Source: Xenorhabdus bovienii (GTDB lineage: Bacteria > Pseudomonadota > Gammaproteobacteria > Enterobacterales > Enterobacteriaceae). Taken from it: a stretch of DNA of 32,000 nucleotides. Shown here in pieces: positions 23,182-31,566 of this stretch (its first letter is position 1; each line of letters starts with the position of its first letter). The stretch is taken from NCBI RefSeq assembly GCF_024721015.1, contig NZ_JANAIF010000027.1, positions 1-32,000 on the forward strand. Reading direction: 5' to 3'. Position numbers and translations under genes: made by a program. Below the pieces are notes generated by a model. The model searched no databases. It saw only the letters and a list, made by a program, of their open reading frames with translations, and was not told where the DNA came from.

Positions 23182-23333
23182 TGATTAATCAAAGGCTAGC
23201 AGAAGTGATTAATCAATGGATATCACGTAACGATAATCTTTGATTAACCATATCAAGATAATCATAGATTATCAATAATGATTAATCAAAAGATAACAAA
23301 ATATGTTAATCTTTGACTAATCATGCGTGTAAC
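23182..23333. repeat. Cluster of TGATTAATCA palindromes upstream of parA (centromere or operator)
   Basis: Perfect copies at 23182-23191, 23206-23215 and 23279-23288. Variants TGATTAACCA at 23241 and TGACTAATCA at 23324. One more perfect copy lies at 22453-22462, between parA and the ParG-like gene. Confidence 0.75.
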
Positions 23334-23598
23334 TCAACTTATCAAGCGTTGGGTGAAAAAAAGCGGTGAAGTATAATTTTGTTAAAAAGTTTCTTAATTG
23401 TTGCAAATTTAACAAAAAACAAACGGTGGTATTTTGTCTGGATTGCTGACAGAAAACTTCTGATTTTGGCGGGTAGGGCGTGTGTGTGACAGGTATTGTG
23501 TATTACCCGCCCCGATTTTTCCTATTTAGCTTGCGATCTGGATGTAAATTCACTGGGGCAAGGTGTGGTCATTATATATATGTATGATGTAACTAATA

Positions 23599-23802
23599 TT
23601 AGTCTAGTAACCCACTAACAGCAGATCTGTACCGTTCAATCTTCCCTTTGTACTCGTCACGTTCCCGCTCAATTTGACGTAAGGCACTACGCAACTTGTC
23701 GATCTCTTTAAGATGCGGCTCATAGGCCATCAGTGCCTTTAATAACGTTTGTGACGCTCTCTTATCACCGACCAGAACCGACCACAGCCAGAGCTTTTTC
23801 AT
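23599..23802 (-). CDS. Hypothetical small coiled-coil protein
   Basis: ORF track only. The start is uncertain (an internal MAYEPHLKE start is possible). Confidence 0.35.
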   Translation of the reverse strand: MKKLWLWSVLVGDKRASQTLLKALMAYEPHLKEIDKLRSALRQIERERDEYKGKIERYRSAVSGLLD

Positions 23803-23933
23803 GCTCTGGCAGAGTCCTAACAGTTAATGTACCCATGAAATTTCCTTGATAGTATTTAATCGCTCGATGCCTAGTGTCTGGTTGACTCGTTGGCCAACTC
23901 ACCGGCACTGTTGAAAATGATAGTATTCACACA

Positions 23934-24577
23934 TCATGAGGGGGCTAATGTAATGCTACAATCACCGCAAATAAGGGAGGCGGTAGGTTTAGCCCACGCA
24001 TTAAGGCCGCATTCAGGACAGGTAAATTTAGTCCTTGTTGCGGCTCCCTTTACAGGTGGCCTAACGTCAATTACTGGCTCAGAGCCGTCTGTATCATCAT
24101 CGTCGTTAGTGCCTATATCAGTTTTACCCTTGCTGATCAGTTCTAAGTCGTTCTTATCCGTTACACGTAGCCAGTCGTCCAGAATGTCGCCGTTTGTCTT
24201 TGACGTAATCACCGCCCCTTGTGACCACTTGTCATACCATGAGATAGAAAATCCGGTCTTGAGCAGGTCATACACCGCTGTTTGAAAACGACCACCACGA
24301 ATAATGTAATCCGTCATTTGTTGGCCTGTTTTTTTCCCCCGGGGAGGCCAGTATTGGAGGGCATAAGACCAATTTCCTCCATCTTTGCGCCCCAAACGCG
24401 ATCATGATACCCGCCTCGGCATTTCTTGGCTGGTGTGTGATGTTGCCAGACGTGACACATCTCATGTACCAACGTTGAGAGCGTATCCGGCAAAGAATCA
24501 GCGAACAACGTAGCATTGAAAAAATCATATGCTTGCTGTAGTTCGGTATACGCCCTAATTGCAGGTTTGTTACTCAT
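23934..24577 (-). pseudogene. SprT-like zinc metalloprotease gene, frameshifted and apparently internally deleted
   Basis: AYTELQQAYDFFNATLF...LSTLVHEMCHVWQHH (HExxH) in ORF 24314-24616 continues as TGQQMTDYII...CPECG...CGDC in ORF 23934-24395. The frame changes in the C4G5A7 run at about 24336-24351. Confidence 0.7.
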
Positions 24578-24769
24578 GATTCGACACCTACCGTCAATTT
24601 GTATTGCACAATACAATCTCTATCATTTTTAACTATCTTGATGAGCTGCAGGATTTTAAATTGATAGTAGAAGGAAAAGCAGAGAGGCTTAAAGGGGAGG
24701 GGATAGATACCCCCTCATAAATATGTAAAAATGGATCACCAATCTACTAATTGTTCGAATTTATACTAA

Positions 24770-25258
24770 TTATAAAAGAGATTTTTTTATTATGTCTATT
24801 TTATGTAGTTCATTTTCTTCATCCATTGTCTTTATAAAAAAAGAATCAATTTCATTCCTGTCATTATATTTTATAATTTTTCTAGAATTGAAAATAGCCA
24901 TAAAAAAATCTCTAAACTCCTTGTCTGTATAGCATTTTACAAAATATCCTAATAACGTCTCTGACGACATGGCTTTTATCATGTTTACCATTCCCACTCC
25001 AAATATGAATAAATTTAAAAAAGCAACAAATACAACAGATAAAACAAAAGCAACAAATACAGTAGATAAAACAAATACAGGTTCAGGTTCAGCTAAAACT
25101 AAAAAACAAATAGTGCCAGTCATAGATATTGTGAATATAATATAAAGAATTTTTATAAAAAATAAAATTTTTTCATTATATCTATCATGTTCATTTATTT
25201 TTTCAAGTATTCTTAATTCTAAATTATCTTTGTTAAATTTAATATTTTCTTTCATCAT
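24770..25258 (-). CDS. Membrane protein (2 TM) in the AT-rich array
   Basis: Hydrophobic core FFIKILYIIFTISMTGTICFLVL...VFVLSTVFVAFVLSVVFVAFLNLFIFGV. Contains a 27-nt internal tandem repeat. Confidence 0.55.
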   Translation of the reverse strand: MMKENIKFNKDNLELRILEKINEHDRYNEKILFFIKILYIIFTISMTGTICFLVLAEPEPVFVLSTVFVAFVLSVVFVAFLNLFIFGVGMVNMIKAMSSETLLGYFVKCYTDKEFRDFFMAIFNSRKIIKYNDRNEIDSFFIKTMDEENELHKIDIIKKSLL

Positions 25259-25282
25259 TGATTACTCTTTTTAAAAATTACA

Positions 25283-25684
25283 TTAACTTAATAGAGGATT
25301 AAAAAAATTACAGGACTTACTTTTAGATTCAATTCTATCAACCTGAATAATATTTTTATTACCATATTTTCGGTTATGATATGACAGAGTACCGTTAACG
25401 TTTTCACAGGTAACGTAATCATTAAATTTTGAAATTCTCACAAACTGGAAATTAGCCTTGCCTTGATTAATATCTGTAGTGAGATTTCTAATATTCACAA
25501 CCTCATTGTAACTATAAGCTGTTGTTATATATTCAGTGACTTGTTCTCTTTCTGATTTTCCGTGATGATAATCACCTGAAATTGAGTTAAATGTGATAAC
25601 AAGCGCCAGAGTAAGAAATATATATTTAATCATTTGTTTAAACTTTAACAGTCTAATCTTGTCACTCCTATATGAATTCTTCAT
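25283..25684 (-). CDS. Secreted or membrane-anchored small protein (133 aa)
   Basis: Signal-like MIKYIFLTLALVITFNSISG. Shares a leader with the 27772-28140 gene. Confidence 0.5.
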   Translation of the reverse strand: MKNSYRSDKIRLLKFKQMIKYIFLTLALVITFNSISGDYHHGKSEREQVTEYITTAYSYNEVVNIRNLTTDINQGKANFQFVRISKFNDYVTCENVNGTLSYHNRKYGNKNIIQVDRIESKSKSCNFFNPLLS

Positions 25685-25720
25685 TAATCATTATCCTCAA
25701 GCCACTTATCAACTAACTAC

Positions 25721-26416
25721 TCATTTAATATCTATATCTTCAACAGACGGGTTATCTGGCAGAGCACCTACGTGAACTAACTTGGCTGGCTTGCGCATCG
25801 TGCGAGAAATAAGATCATGCTGCTCAGATGGTGTTATTTTTGGTAAATCTGGCAAATATAACTCTGTTACTTCATCAAGATTCCACAGGCGACTTTTTAC
25901 CATGTAAAACTGATTTGTCGCCTCAAGCTGATCATCGGCATAAAGCACAACAATAACTCCAGCAGCTCCTGCATTATGATCTTTCCATGCTTCCGTAATG
26001 TCCGCTTCTACGGCATCATCGTAGAACCTGACTCCGCTAATTTTCTTTTTGGCTTTTAAAGCATTCATCACTCCTTCTGCAAAAGTACTACGGCCTGTGT
26101 TTTTTTTGCCGTACACACAAAGGATAAATGCCTCGTCTTTTTCCATCACGGACACCAAATCATTGACAGTGGGACTGTCAAAACATGATAAGCCTGTCAT
26201 GTTTTCATTGACTGTAGTATGCATGATCACACTGAAACGCGGTTGATAATCAAACTGTGCGCTCAATTCAGGTAGTGTGATTGATGCCAATCCTCGCGCA
26301 ATTACCGCCTTTAAAACATCACCTTCTTTGATTATCGCCTTCTTTTCATCAATCAGATCTACCGTCATGGCCTCAATTTTCGACCATTGTTCACTATCAA
26401 TATGCTTTGTTGGCAT
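25721..26416 (-). CDS. Hypothetical protein (231 aa) with a degenerate P-loop-like motif
   Basis: ILCVYGKKNTGRSTF is Walker-A-like, with R in place of K. No family recognised. Confidence 0.55.
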   Translation of the reverse strand: MPTKHIDSEQWSKIEAMTVDLIDEKKAIIKEGDVLKAVIARGLASITLPELSAQFDYQPRFSVIMHTTVNENMTGLSCFDSPTVNDLVSVMEKDEAFILCVYGKKNTGRSTFAEGVMNALKAKKKISGVRFYDDAVEADITEAWKDHNAGAAGVIVVLYADDQLEATNQFYMVKSRLWNLDEVTELYLPDLPKITPSEQHDLISRTMRKPAKLVHVGALPDNPSVEDIDIK

Positions 26417-26427
26417 AACAACCTCAC

Positions 26428-26469
26428 GTTCTAATAAATTAGATTTAATGAATTCTAATATATTAGAAC
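26428..26469. promoter_or_regulatory. Operator-like repeats upstream of the 231-aa gene
   Basis: GTTCTAATA (26428-26436) plus a perfect 16-bp palindrome TTCTAATATATTAGAA (26453-26468). Confidence 0.55.
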
Positions 26470-26530
26470 ATGATTATTTTTGCAACATCAAAAAATCCTT
26501 AACGTGTGAATTCGATGTGGCTTTAATTTT

Positions 26531-26720
26531 CTTTCGTCTCCGACCGTTTAACATCCTCATCGCTTTAGATGATGTTCTTACAGTTCGCTACGCTCACGGC
26601 TTGGCAGGAAGTGGGGAGGTTAGGTAAATTATACCAGCCCCCTTCTTTTTATCAGAGGATTAACGGTAGGTGCTCTCTGTGGGTTGCGATGTGCCTCTTC
26701 CCTCATACCCTGACGGGCAC
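26531..26720 (+). repeat. Degenerate copy G of the GC-rich module (conserved blocks only)
   Basis: GTCTCCGACCGT (26536-26547), GTTCGCTACGCTCACGGCT (26583-26601), a G-run and C-run followed by TTCTTTTTATC, and GTGGGTTGC (26679-26687), in the same order and spacing as copy A. Confidence 0.7.
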
Positions 26721-26777
26721 AAATCAAAAAGGGGCTATACGCCCCTTGATTAAAAATAAAAGCCCTAATGGGCTTTT
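26721..26777 (-). terminator. Two tandem rho-independent terminators after the 26786-27397 gene
   Basis: AAAAGCCC / GGGCTTTT (26758-26777) and AAGGGGC / GCCCCTT (26729-26747). Each has a T-run on the minus strand. Confidence 0.75.
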
Positions 26778-26785
26778 ATTTAGTT

Positions 26786-27397
26786 TCATATTTCTTTCGA
26801 TAAGAATTTGAATTTTTCTTTTAGTTCTTCTTGATCTTGTGAATTTTCTTCCTCATGAATAAACTTTAATATGGACTCAACTTCAAAACCATTCTTTTTT
26901 ATCTTTTTTTGTAATTTTTCAAAGTTGTTATTGTCATTTGGTTTGTATGTTATTAATAAATCATCGATTTCATTATATTTCTTCTCTAGGAATAAATAGT
27001 AATCATCAGTCTCCATATATATATTTCTTTTTTTTGTTGCTATTGTTTCTCTTTTTTTATCTATTGATGATATTACATAATTACTTACATATTTTCCCGG
27101 AATAGAAAAAATACAACCCCATAACATTATAGTAAAAATATTAGCTAATACAAAAAACCAATCATCTCCAACGCTTGATTTATTGCCTGAAAACTGAGAG
27201 TCTAAGAATAAAAATATTAAATATCCTCCTGTAATAAGAATCAGCATGTGTAAAAAAAAGCAGACTAAAGAAATTACTTTTTCTTTTATATTATAGCGTG
27301 GTGTAAAGTATTCAAGGCTATTTGCTCTTTTTATCATTATAGAAAGATCTTTCATTTTTTTTAACATTTCTTTATTGCATGTAGTTTGTTCTGTCAT
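26786..27397 (-). CDS. Membrane protein (2 TM) with a charged C-terminal domain
   Basis: GAGGA lies 8 nt before the ATG at 27397. Hydrophobic segments VISLVCFFLHMLILITGGYLIFLFL and WFFVLANIFTIMLWGCIFSI. Confidence 0.55.
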   Translation of the reverse strand: MTEQTTCNKEMLKKMKDLSIMIKRANSLEYFTPRYNIKEKVISLVCFFLHMLILITGGYLIFLFLDSQFSGNKSSVGDDWFFVLANIFTIMLWGCIFSIPGKYVSNYVISSIDKKRETIATKKRNIYMETDDYYLFLEKKYNEIDDLLITYKPNDNNNFEKLQKKIKKNGFEVESILKFIHEEENSQDQEELKEKFKFLSKEI

Positions 27398-27508
27398 TCT
27401 TATATTCCTCATTCGTTTTCTTTCGAATTACGCTATTTTTTCAAAAAATCTATCAAATTATCCGTTGAAAATTTTCCATGTTTTAAACAATAATCGGTGA
27501 TTTCTTTT

Positions 27509-27754
27509 TTAGAATTTAACCCCATGTGTTATCAAGACCAAGCATAAAAAAGAACTTAATAAGTGCATCAAGAATCCTACAATAAAAAGTATGTCATCAT
27601 CCACGCCTATTCTGATATGAAAAAATGAAAAACATATTAATATAAATCCTAATACTCCCATTGACAATGTTATCATTCCAAATTTAAACATTGTTTTATT
27701 AAATTTTGATACTTTATTATTCAACATGTTTTTTAATATTTTTTGTTCATTCAT
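27509..27754 (-). CDS. Small membrane protein (2 TM, 81 aa)
   Basis: GGGG lies 5 nt before the ATG at 27754. Confidence 0.5.
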   Translation of the reverse strand: MNEQKILKNMLNNKVSKFNKTMFKFGMITLSMGVLGFILICFSFFHIRIGVDDDILFIVGFLMHLLSSFLCLVLITHGVKF

Positions 27755-27771
27755 TTTTACCCCTAATATCA

Positions 27772-28140
27772 TTATTTTTTGTTATCTAAATAAGCCTTGA
27801 TTGCATCATCGTACTCACTTGAATTAACATTTACAATTGTATCATTACAATATAAACGGTTGGTATCTGATTTTAAAAAGCCAATGTTAATATTTAATTC
27901 AAGCGCTTTGCAATTATTAGTGAAATATTCACCGGCCTTGATTCTATTATCTATATCCTTAGAATTAGAATAAAGGAAAAAACCAATTAAACCAAATATC
28001 ACTGCTAATGTTGGAGTGCTATACTTTCCTTTATTTTTTAAATTTTCATAGAATGAAATTATTAAAATAATAACGCATAATATGATAAAAAACAAACCAG
28101 TGTAGTACATATTAAAAATATCTCCTATATGAATTTTCAT
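27772..28140 (-). CDS. Small membrane protein (2 TM, 122 aa)
   Basis: Shares a leader with the gene at 25684. Hydrophobic segments LFFIILCVIILIISF and LAVIFGLIGFFLY. Confidence 0.5.
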   Translation of the reverse strand: MKIHIGDIFNMYYTGLFFIILCVIILIISFYENLKNKGKYSTPTLAVIFGLIGFFLYSNSKDIDNRIKAGEYFTNNCKALELNINIGFLKSDTNRLYCNDTIVNVNSSEYDDAIKAYLDNKK

Positions 28141-28180
28141 TAATCATTATCCTCAAGCCACTTATCAACTAACTGATTTA

Positions 28181-28687
28181 TTACGTCCTACCCTGTGGGG
28201 GTTTTGGTGTTGATTCGTTTTTGAAAAAGCATTTTGATTGAACTCCACTATCATAACAAATCATTTCAATCTTGTTCTTATTTTCTTCAAGCTGTGATTT
28301 TACTTCATTATTAAGTTCACTAATACAAGATGGATAACTATTATACTGGTAAGTTTTAATTGATAATTCTATATTTTTAGGTAAAAAAACATCTTTACCG
28401 TAGATCTCAAAAACTCCTTTATCGGTGGTAATTTTATGAAACGGATAATCACCGAAATAAAGCACACTGATATTTTGTTTTATTTTTGAATGTGACTGAA
28501 ATAAACCAATATTTTCATTTTTAACTTGTGATTTATCCTGATAATTCATCACGTTATTCATACATCTATCAAAATTATTTAATTCATTATTTATGATGCC
28601 CGTTGAAATTGTTGCGATGATTATAAATGAAATTAAAACAATAACAGCAATGCCAATAATATTTTTCATATTTATTTGCCAATTCAT
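28181..28687 (-). CDS. N-terminally anchored protein (168 aa)
   Basis: TM segment IIGIAVIVLISFIIIATIS followed by a soluble domain containing several Cys. Confidence 0.5.
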   Translation of the reverse strand: MNWQINMKNIIGIAVIVLISFIIIATISTGIINNELNNFDRCMNNVMNYQDKSQVKNENIGLFQSHSKIKQNISVLYFGDYPFHKITTDKGVFEIYGKDVFLPKNIELSIKTYQYNSYPSCISELNNEVKSQLEENKNKIEMICYDSGVQSKCFFKNESTPKPPQGRT

Positions 28688-28988
28688 ATTAAATTAGAAT
28701 TTGATTAAAATACTTTGCCTACTTTAAGATAAAGATACCATTTTGGCTCCCGTTAAAATTTTATCAACTTACACAATAATAGCAAGGTAAAAATACATTA
28801 CTTTCAAGTGCATTATAAAAAGAAATTGAACTTGGGTTTCATCGGTTTCACCCGCTTCTTTCGCTATAGCAATCCAACTGGCAGTACGCCCTAGGTCATG
28901 CGCTAAACGTACATGTGACATTTGAAAACCTCACATGATATAAGTTTATTTTTGTCGCGGTGGGGCATCCCGCCGTTTTACATTGAGA

Positions 28989-29306
28989 TTAAATGTGATC
29001 TACTATTAATATAGCCGTGTCTGTAGAAAACCATTTTATAGAAAATTCTGCTTGTTTTTCTAATCTCCCTTTTATTTCCTTATCTTTTTCTAAGTTGATA
29101 TTTTTTAATATATTTTTATAATTATCAAAACATTGGATTTCAGCATTGTTTTCATCACTCACCTTCATAGAACAAGGTGGAGAAACAATTGCACCTGAAA
29201 ATCTGATAACACCTGAATTATTATTCTGTGAAAAAGAATTTGATGATAATAAAGTTGAAATAAGTATAGTTGTAAAAAAAACTGGTTTTAATAGCATAGT
29301 TTTCAT
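28989..29306 (-). CDS. Short secreted protein with a fimbrial-subunit-like N-terminus (105 aa)
   Basis: Signal peptide followed by GVIRFSGAIVSPPCSM, which resembles the GxIxFxGxIvxxxC motif of chaperone-usher pilins. It is far shorter than a typical pilin. Confidence 0.45.
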   Translation of the reverse strand: MKTMLLKPVFFTTILISTLLSSNSFSQNNNSGVIRFSGAIVSPPCSMKVSDENNAEIQCFDNYKNILKNINLEKDKEIKGRLEKQAEFSIKWFSTDTAILIVDHI

Positions 29307-29442
29307 AGTTAAGATGCCTTACTGTTTAGTGTGATTTAATTAGGCTATATAATGAGCCGCATGGGGGGCGGCTCATTACTTACTACTTTATTAATATAGA
29401 ATATTATTCTATTGGTTAAACCATAGAGATTATTGATTATTG

Positions 29443-29607
29443 TTAATCAACTTCTACAGTAATATTTGCTTCTGGAAAGTTACATAGCTCAAGACTAATT
29501 ACAGCATTATCTTGAATTAGATCTTGTAAATCTTGGATGTTGTCGCTTTCAGATTGGGTGTATGCCTGAGCTTCTTTTTTGCTCATTTTTATGTGCATTT
29601 CTATCAT
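29443..29607 (-). CDS. Small acidic protein (54 aa), below the ORF-track cutoff
   Basis: Hand translation gives MIEMHIKMSKKEAQAYTQSESDNIQDLQDLIQDNAVISLELCNFPEANITVEVD. Its leader is homologous to the one upstream of 29306. Confidence 0.4.
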   Translation of the reverse strand: MIEMHIKMSKKEAQAYTQSESDNIQDLQDLIQDNAVISLELCNFPEANITVEVD

Positions 29608-29686
29608 GTTAGGTTGCCTTACTGTTTAATGATTATGAAGCTACACGGTGAATCGTATGGGGGTACGGTTCACCACTATTTTTGTT

Positions 29687-29875
29687 CTATTCCTCGCTAT
29701 CTAATGGTTTTTCTAAATTCCTACGCCACGAATATAAATTATGATTTATTACAACAAAATCATTTTTAATCCATTGACTAACTAACTGTGGCGATACACC
29801 TTGTTGGCGCGCGAATTCTGCTTTCACTCCTTTATAATAAATTTCTATATAATCACTTAAGCTATGAACGTCCAT
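29687..29875 (-). CDS. Cro/YdaS-like small HTH protein
   Basis: KAEFARQQGVSPQLVSQWIKN is HTH-like. Confidence 0.6.
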   Translation of the reverse strand: MDVHSLSDYIEIYYKGVKAEFARQQGVSPQLVSQWIKNDFVVINHNLYSWRRNLEKPLDSEE

Positions 29876-30160
29876 AATCTACTCTTGCTGTAACAATAAA
29901 CTGGTTTAGTAAATTTATAATACAGTCATAGAATATCAAAATGTGACTGTATTTTTTTTCTCCTATTTACATCAGTTAATTATCATGTAAAACACATGAT
30001 AATGCAAAACAAATGATAAAGCAAAACACTTTATGTTTTTAATGTAAAAAAACCATCGTTTTTTTGACATAGTTCAAACTTTTTTCATATGGAGTATCTA
30101 ATAATCTTCGAAAAGCCCTTAAAATAGTGTGCTCGCGCCCTGCAATTGCTGATGCGTTTT

Positions 30161-30736
30161 TCACTTATCCAGTAATCCTCGTTCAACCCCAGGTATGTCG
30201 AAAACTGGAATGCCCCCTCCTTTTTTTGATTTCATACTGGACGATATAAAACTGCTCACTATATTACGATATATTTTAGTTTCAGATATTGGCTTACCTT
30301 TTAAACTGTAATTACCGTTATTATCACAATCGACTAAATTACCATCAACCCAAACAGCTTCTATAATTTCAATCGATTGCCTATATTTAATAAGTAGTTT
30401 TCCCGTATTCGCATGATCACAAACAAAAGAAATGTTAACCTTAACCGAATCAGGGGAAAGATAATTAGCGTAATCCGCAGGTATGCTAGTTTCAAAACTG
30501 CTCGAACTCGGAGGGAGCATGACAGGATCACCGGTGGAAACAGTATTTATAGACCTCAACATTACTATGCCTGAAATACCAACCAGTAACACAATCCCCA
30601 TTATTACACCAAAAATCAGCATAAATATTTTCGCTGGGGAATATTTATTCATACCATGCGTAAATTCATTGAGCCTCTGCTCTACTTGAATGACTTTGCG
30701 TTCCCCTAAATTATTTGTATTTTTCATGACCATCAT
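30161..30736 (-). CDS. N-terminally anchored protein (191 aa)
   Basis: TM segment IFMLIFGVIMGIVLLVGISGIVML. No family recognised. Confidence 0.5.
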   Translation of the reverse strand: MMVMKNTNNLGERKVIQVEQRLNEFTHGMNKYSPAKIFMLIFGVIMGIVLLVGISGIVMLRSINTVSTGDPVMLPPSSSSFETSIPADYANYLSPDSVKVNISFVCDHANTGKLLIKYRQSIEIIEAVWVDGNLVDCDNNGNYSLKGKPISETKIYRNIVSSFISSSMKSKKGGGIPVFDIPGVERGLLDK

Positions 30737-30852
30737 CTCCAGTTAAAACATTGAAAAAACCCAAAGACCCAACACCAAATAACGCTCCCACACAATCGAA
30801 GTCAACAAAAAACCCCATGATTTATAATGAGGCTTTTAAATATGTTAAGTGT

Positions 30853-31035
30853 TTACTGATCTTCTTTTTCTACCAAACGACATATGTCAGACATAAGCAA
30901 CTGAATATGCCCTGCGGACGCAACGATTATTTCTTTATCTTGTATTTCGTCAGAAGAGTTAACGATAATAGCCAGATGTTTATTTATATCTGATGCAAGA
31001 TTATATAACTCTTCCTCTTTAGTTAATTCACTCAT
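30853..31035 (-). CDS. Small acidic protein (60 aa)
   Basis: ORF track; co-directional with its neighbours. Confidence 0.4.
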   Translation of the reverse strand: MSELTKEEELYNLASDINKHLAIIVNSSDEIQDKEIIVASAGHIQLLMSDICRLVEKEDQ

Positions 31036-31113
31036 TTTTTCGCCTGTTTGTTTTCAAATTCAAACGTGCTTTAATAATATCATTCGCAATTTGTGGTTTT
31101 TCCGCAATAAATA
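31018..31113 (-). pseudogene. Possible remnant of a topoisomerase III (Toprim) N-terminus, 31 codons
   Basis: Hand translation gives [21 protein letters not shown]..., compared with E. coli TopB [27 protein letters not shown] lies before the ATG. Confidence 0.3.
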
Positions 31114-31119
31114 ATCTTT

Positions 31120-31566
31120 TCATCGAATCACCTCTTTTTCAGGAAAACTAATCATAAAATAACTAACCGTCCGGCCTTGTAACCTATCAATGAAATCATT
31201 AATTTCATCACAAGACACATGAGCAAAATAACGAATAAAATCGACTAACGATGAAAATACAGACAAATACGAATAATCACTATCCCGATAAAGACTTTGA
31301 GCATCCCTCCCATATTCAATACAAAATGCTTTTAGCAAAACTATAGTATCGTTATTATTCGATTTCATTTCCATAACAGGATATGAACAAGGTAACTTTG
31401 AAAAATTAACAACATCAATATCCATTACCTCATCACCCTGAATTTTTTTATTAATAATCTCTCTCAATTCAAGACCTTCTGAATTGCAATCAGTAATATC
31501 AGCAGAAAGATCTACACAATGAAAAAAACAAGTATCTAATCGTTGTATTTCTTTATTTGTTAACAT
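31120..31566 (-). CDS. Hypothetical protein (148 aa)
   Basis: ORF track. It overlaps the upstream gene by 14 nt, which suggests coupling. Confidence 0.5.
   Translation of the reverse strand: MLTNKEIQRLDTCFFHCVDLSADITDCNSEGLELREIINKKIQGDEVMDIDVVNFSKLPCSYPVMEMKSNNNDTIVLLKAFCIEYGRDAQSLYRDSDYSYLSVFSSLVDFIRYFAHVSCDEINDFIDRLQGRTVSYFMISFPEKEVIR

Noticed and set aside
23890-24528. ORFs at 23890-24285 (+) and 24268-24528 (-)
   Set aside because: These are off-frame or antisense readings of the SprT-like pseudogene region. The SprT frames account for the sequence.
26049-26811. Plus-strand ORFs at 26049-26246, 26277-26627 and 26569-26811
   Set aside because: The first two are antisense to the 231-aa gene. 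The last two run through module copy G and the terminators. None has an SD.
28800-28925. A ~50-codon minus-strand ORF (MSHVRLAHDLGRTASWIAIAKEAGETDE...) in a short GC-rich patch
   Set aside because: Only the first ~28 residues look protein-like, possibly an HTH fragment. The rest is AT-rich read-through. It is too short to support more than a possible gene remnant.
30751-30993. The 80-aa plus-strand ORF
   Set aside because: It is antisense to the 60-aa minus-strand ORF, which fits the operon direction. It has a TTG start and no SD.
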